Shown piece after piece: positions 47,722 to 52,002 of a stretch of DNA of 52,002 nt. This DNA is from a virus (lineage: Duplodnaviria > Heunggongvirae > Uroviricota > Caudoviricetes), in IMG/VR virus record IMGVR_UViG_3300029610_000240. One strand, written 5' to 3'. The position numbers and the translations under genes were made by a program. The notes beneath the pieces were generated by a model, which made no database searches, was not told the origin of the DNA, and saw nothing but the letters and a program-made list of their open reading frames with translations. Each line of letters begins with the position of its first letter. Positions within the stretch are counted from its first letter, which is position 1.

Positions 47722-48578
47722 AAAGAAATCTGATGAATATATTAGGCATCATCTTAATAGGAATCGGAACTTTTGTATTTCTCTCTCCTGTTTTTTCTTC
47801 CTATAAACAACAAAAAAATGCCGATCAGGAAATAGAAGCTTTTGAAAATTTTGAAAAGGAAAAGAAAGTCCCAAAAGAAAAAGATCCTTTATATAAAGAA
47901 GCCATACAGTATAATCAAAAAATTTATACGGAAGGGCAGAAAAATTTAAAGGATGTATGGAGCTATCGTACATCACCAATCGAGTTGAAAGATAGTAAAA
48001 GTAACTTTGGATATATCAGGATAAAAAAGATGGATGTAAAACTTCCATTATACCTTGGAGCAACTTTAGAAAATATGAGGAAAGGTGCTGCAATCATGGG
48101 AGAGACATCCCTGCCGCTTGGTACAAAAAACAGTAATTGTGTTATCGCTGCACATCGTGGGTACGAAGGGATCCCGTATTTTCGTGAGATCGAGAGATTA
48201 AAAGTCGGAGACCGAGTGATCATAAAGAATCCATGGGAGAAGCTTACTTATCGTGTCGAAGAAATCAAAATCATACAGCCGGATGATTCCGATCAGATTA
48301 AGATTCAGAAAGAAAAAGATATGGTAACGCTTTTAACCTGTCACCCGTATCGAAGTCATGGAAAGTACCGGTATGTTGTGTACTGTATCAGAGACCACGG
48401 CCAAAAGATCGTTGAGAAAAAGAACAGCACGATCAAAGACACGCACTTTAAATCTTCCGAATGGGATATTCGAAGAGAAAAACTATGTCATATGATCGGA
48501 TTTGGGATCTTGCTTATTTTTTGGATCATAATAATAAAAAATTGGAAAGGAACAATCAGGAAAGGAGGAAAAGCATGA
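47718..48578 (+). CDS. srtC: Class C sortase
   Basis: IAAHRG and TLLTCHPY..RY motifs; TMs at both ends. Confidence 0.9.
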   Translation: MKRNLMNILGIILIGIGTFVFLSPVFSSYKQQKNADQEIEAFENFEKEKKVPKEKDPLYKEAIQYNQKIYTEGQKNLKDVWSYRTSPIELKDSKSNFGYIRIKKMDVKLPLYLGATLENMRKGAAIMGETSLPLGTKNSNCVIAAHRGYEGIPYFREIERLKVGDRVIIKNPWEKLTYRVEEIKIIQPDDSDQIKIQKEKDMVTLLTCHPYRSHGKYRYVVYCIRDHGQKIVEKKNSTIKDTHFKSSEWDIRREKLCHMIGFGILLIFWIIIIKNWKGTIRKGGKA

Positions 48579-50071
48579 AGAGGATAAAAAAGATCTTAAA
48601 AGGAAAAGGAAAGATCGTTGCCGCATTGGCGGTTGTGATATCCTTTGCTACTGTTTTGGTATGGCATCAAATGCAAAATGCAAGTGCTCATAACCAGGAA
48701 TATCCCGGTTTTAGTAGAACATATACAAACGGATATGGAAGATTTTATGTAGATGGTCCTGGTAATAAAAGCAGTTGGCTAGAAGTGAAATTTTATTGTA
48801 GTGGACTAGGAAAAAACGTAACACAGGGAACATTTAATAATAAAGGTCGAAAAGTTACCTTTAGTGAAAATCAAGGAGGCGGTGGTGATTACGACCTTCA
48901 TCTTGCATCATGGTCTGATACAACATATAAAAATGATAATGGAAGATACACGTCATTAGATGTAAAAATTCGTTATACAATTCCTGCACATGAGTATGAA
49001 AGTTGGCAATCACAAGATACCTCAAATGATTATTATGTAAAAGCAACAGAAGGTTCTACTGGACACGAGAAATCAGAACATACGGTTTATCAAACATTAC
49101 GTATTAGTGCATATTCTATTGGATTATCTACACATACTGATAATAATGTTAGAGATTTTAATTGTAGTCGAACATTTCATATGGCCAAATCTCAATACAG
49201 TGTTTATTATAATGGAAATGGTGGAACAGGCGCAGATGTATCTTGGAATTTTACAGATGGAGATAATTTTGCTTTCCCTACTGTTTCAAGACGAGGTTAC
49301 ACATTTGATAAATGGATTGATCAGGGAACGGGATGGGAATCTAGTACTGACTGGATTGTATGTGGTGGTAATTACACAGAAATTGCTCAGTGGATAGCTA
49401 ATCAGTATAATGTATCCTTTGATGATAATGGAGCCGATTCTGGAAATGTTTCAGATAGTACAGCAACCTATGATAGTAACTTTACTCTTCCAGAAAGTGG
49501 ATATAAAAAGAAAGGTTACAAGTTTTTGGGTTGGAGCACTAATGAAAACGCAACATCTCCTCAGTATACCGCAGGACAGTCTTTTACCTATCAAACAGAC
49601 GGAGATACCGTATTTTATGCTGTATGGGCAAAAAGTGATTTCGAAGTAAAATTCCACGGAAACGGATCATCTGCTGCAGATTACACAGCAAATCTTACTT
49701 ATAATAAATCCGTAAGTTTACCGAAAAATATATTTGAACGTCCAGGGTATACGTTCATTGGATGGGCTCAAAAAGAAGATGGTGATAAAGAAGTACCGGA
49801 AGAAGTGAAATATACCGATGGGCAGGCAGTGAAAGATCTGTGTGAACCGGGAGAAACATGCCATTTGTACGCTATCTGGAAAAAGAGCGATGGAAGTTTT
49901 GAGACGAAGAACATCATCCATGATGACAAGATGTTCTTAGGAGATGTGAATCTTACCGGACAGAATGGAACTGGATACAGCAATGCAAACATTGATTCCA
50001 AATCTGCACACATCGACAAAGAAGATGATCCGGGATATTTTACAGACCGTTATGGATCAAACAATAATTAA
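48575..50071 (+). CDS. Secreted InlB B-repeat (Flg_new) protein
   Basis: Three repeats of V.Y/F.GNG..P..R.GY.F.GW..YA.W; GGAGG RBS. Confidence 0.8.
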   Translation: MKRIKKILKGKGKIVAALAVVISFATVLVWHQMQNASAHNQEYPGFSRTYTNGYGRFYVDGPGNKSSWLEVKFYCSGLGKNVTQGTFNNKGRKVTFSENQGGGGDYDLHLASWSDTTYKNDNGRYTSLDVKIRYTIPAHEYESWQSQDTSNDYYVKATEGSTGHEKSEHTVYQTLRISAYSIGLSTHTDNNVRDFNCSRTFHMAKSQYSVYYNGNGGTGADVSWNFTDGDNFAFPTVSRRGYTFDKWIDQGTGWESSTDWIVCGGNYTEIAQWIANQYNVSFDDNGADSGNVSDSTATYDSNFTLPESGYKKKGYKFLGWSTNENATSPQYTAGQSFTYQTDGDTVFYAVWAKSDFEVKFHGNGSSAADYTANLTYNKSVSLPKNIFERPGYTFIGWAQKEDGDKEVPEEVKYTDGQAVKDLCEPGETCHLYAIWKKSDGSFETKNIIHDDKMFLGDVNLTGQNGTGYSNANIDSKSAHIDKEDDPGYFTDRYGSNNN

Positions 50072-50123
50072 GTTTTGTTTTAGATCCATGGTTTTAGATA
50101 AAAGAAACAGGAGGAAGCCATAC

Positions 50124-52002
50124 ATGAAAAATAAGTTGAAAAAAAATCTGAAAAAGATCGGAACATTCTTCTTATCTTTGCTCACATTGTTTTCATCTCT
50201 CTTTGGCGGGTTAGCAGGAATGCCAACACCGATCACTAACGTCAGTGCCAAAGAAGGAACAGCAACAGTAAGCATGAGTAAAGCAAGAGGCAGTTTTGGG
50301 ATCAGGGAACTTGGACGAGCGTCCAGTGAAGGCTTATGGAAGATCAAAGCCGGCGGAAAGCAGACATTTTGTCTTGATTCCGGAAAGAGCATGTGCAACG
50401 GAGATACCGTGGAGTATAAGACCGCTAATGCCGTGAAATATAGCAAAAAATCCATTGCACAAGCACTGACTCATTACGAGCAGGGTTCTAAGAGTGAGAA
50501 AAGCTTTATCTTAACACAGGCTTATATCTGGGCATGTGGAAAAGGAAAGAGCAAACAGACAACCGTCTATCAGGCAGGAAAAAACATCGATGGTGGATAT
50601 TCCACATCTGACGCAAAAAAATTCTGCGATGCGATCAAAAATACTGGTCCGCAGGGAACAATCTATTATTATAAAGTAAAGAAATGTGTCAAAGGGAAAA
50701 AACATGATTCCCATCAGATGCTGTATCGATTAAATGACACTCCATATACGAAGCCTAAAACAGCTTCCATTGGTGCATCTAATAGTGATTCCAAGCCAAA
50801 AGAGATCAGTCTCCAGGTCAAGAAAAGAGATGCTGACACAGGAGCTTTATTATCCGGAGCAACCTTCTTATTCTACTGTGACGGGGTCTATGTGGACAAA
50901 GCAACAACAGGAGATGATGGAGTTGCAAAGGTCACTTATAGTCGAGCGATCAGTGCATCCTATACCATTCCAAGGGAGGAAGAAAAGGTATATGTCACAA
51001 ACTGGGATGAACTGTCTGAAAAACAGCAAAAAGAACAAACAGAAGTATTAAAGCGTTATAAATCCAAAGCTGCTGCGAAGAAAGCAGCGAATGCCGAAGC
51101 AAAAGCAAAAGTCAAAGCGTCCATAGAATCTCAGATGAATACGAAACATGTATGGACAGTCAAAGAAGGAACCGCACCTTTTGGACATCTGTTAAATGAC
51201 ACAACGCATACATTACAGGAAGGAAATGGGAAACGCAGCACACTGAAATTTGGGGATGTCTCAAATGGATGGAAGCCAGTCAAGATTCATTTACATAAAC
51301 AGTGTAGCGAGGATTACGGAGTAGAAGCTTCTTTTGAAGGTGCGATCTATGGTATCTATGCAGAAGAAGATATCAAGGGTTCTGATAACAAAACGGTCCT
51401 TTATCCGGCCGGTACAGAAGTTGGAAGAATCACGACCGATAAGAATGGAGATGGCGTTTCCGGAGATCTTCACCCTGGAAAATATTATCTAAAAGAACTT
51501 GTACCACCAAAAGGATTCCGCATAACAGCAGAGAATGAAGCAGGCGGAAAGATCAAAGTCTATCTGAACAATACAGATGAAACAGTTGCTGCAAACGAAA
51601 AGCCAACACAGGGAAAACTAAGTATCAAGAAATACTATGTCACAGGAAGTACAAAAGTCAAAGAACCGGATGCTGTCTTTGAGATCAAGAACATCAACGA
51701 CGATGTTGTTGATACGATCACAACGGATTCTGAGGGTGTGGCAACAACGAAACTGTTGCCATACGGATCTTATACCATTCATCAGACAAAAGGAAAAACA
51801 GGCTATGAGATGGCACAGGATATGACAAAGACGATCGAGGAAATGAACGGTGATGGGACTCCGATCACTTATACGTTTGAATGTGAGAACAAAACAAAGA
51901 AAGCCCGTATCTCTGTAATAAAGAAGTTAGTCATTGATGATGATGAGACAGGTACCCATCAGGAAAAAGAAGAAGTGAAAGCCAAGTTTGAGATCATCAA
52001 CA
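50124..52002 (+). CDS. Pilus tip or ancillary adhesin with SpaA/CnaB domains and probable thioester domain (3' truncated by window end)
   Basis: GGAGG RBS; MKNKLKK signal peptide; TFCLD motif; GAIYGIYA and YYLKELVPPKGF E-box; frame appears open to the window end. Confidence 0.8.
   Translation, partial: MKNKLKKNLKKIGTFFLSLLTLFSSLFGGLAGMPTPITNVSAKEGTATVSMSKARGSFGIRELGRASSEGLWKIKAGGKQTFCLDSGKSMCNGDTVEYKTANAVKYSKKSIAQALTHYEQGSKSEKSFILTQAYIWACGKGKSKQTTVYQAGKNIDGGYSTSDAKKFCDAIKNTGPQGTIYYYKVKKCVKGKKHDSHQMLYRLNDTPYTKPKTASIGASNSDSKPKEISLQVKKRDADTGALLSGATFLFYCDGVYVDKATTGDDGVAKVTYSRAISASYTIPREEEKVYVTNWDELSEKQQKEQTEVLKRYKSKAAAKKAANAEAKAKVKASIESQMNTKHVWTVKEGTAPFGHLLNDTTHTLQEGNGKRSTLKFGDVSNGWKPVKIHLHKQCSEDYGVEASFEGAIYGIYAEEDIKGSDNKTVLYPAGTEVGRITTDKNGDGVSGDLHPGKYYLKELVPPKGFRITAENEAGGKIKVYLNNTDETVAANEKPTQGKLSIKKYYVTGSTKVKEPDAVFEIKNINDDVVDTITTDSEGVATTKLLPYGSYTIHQTKGKTGYEMAQDMTKTIEEMNGDGTPITYTFECENKTKKARISVIKKLVIDDDETGTHQEKEEVKAKFEIIN

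Overview
AT-rich segment of a large conjugative plasmid or ICE from a Firmicute. Gene style suggests a gut Lachnospiraceae host; this is inference. From left to right: an ArdA anti-restriction gene, Ig-like and sortase-anchored surface proteins and an S26 peptidase. Next is a Gram-positive T4SS block (VirB2-like, VirB6-like, cell-wall hydrolase, PrgI-VirB4 fusion) and an iteron array before a wHTH Rep-like gene. A cluster of soluble VirD4 paralogues lacking Walker A follows, then the true VirD4 gene, split by an ORF-less group II intron (34786-35566; splicing restores LLDEFPNIGEIPDF), and an IS200/IS605-type non-autonomous remnant. The window ends with a sortase C pilus locus. The most notable feature is three cas-less type II-A-like CRISPR mini-arrays (about 37540, 38210 and 42323). 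Each has 36-nt GTTTT-starting repeats and two 29-31-nt spacers, and its last repeat runs directly into a tracrRNA-like module (anti-repeat, nexus, two hairpins, with compensatory changes between copies). These look like element-encoded natural single-guide RNA cassettes that would need a Cas9 supplied in trans. The third cassette lies just upstream of an HNH nuclease gene.
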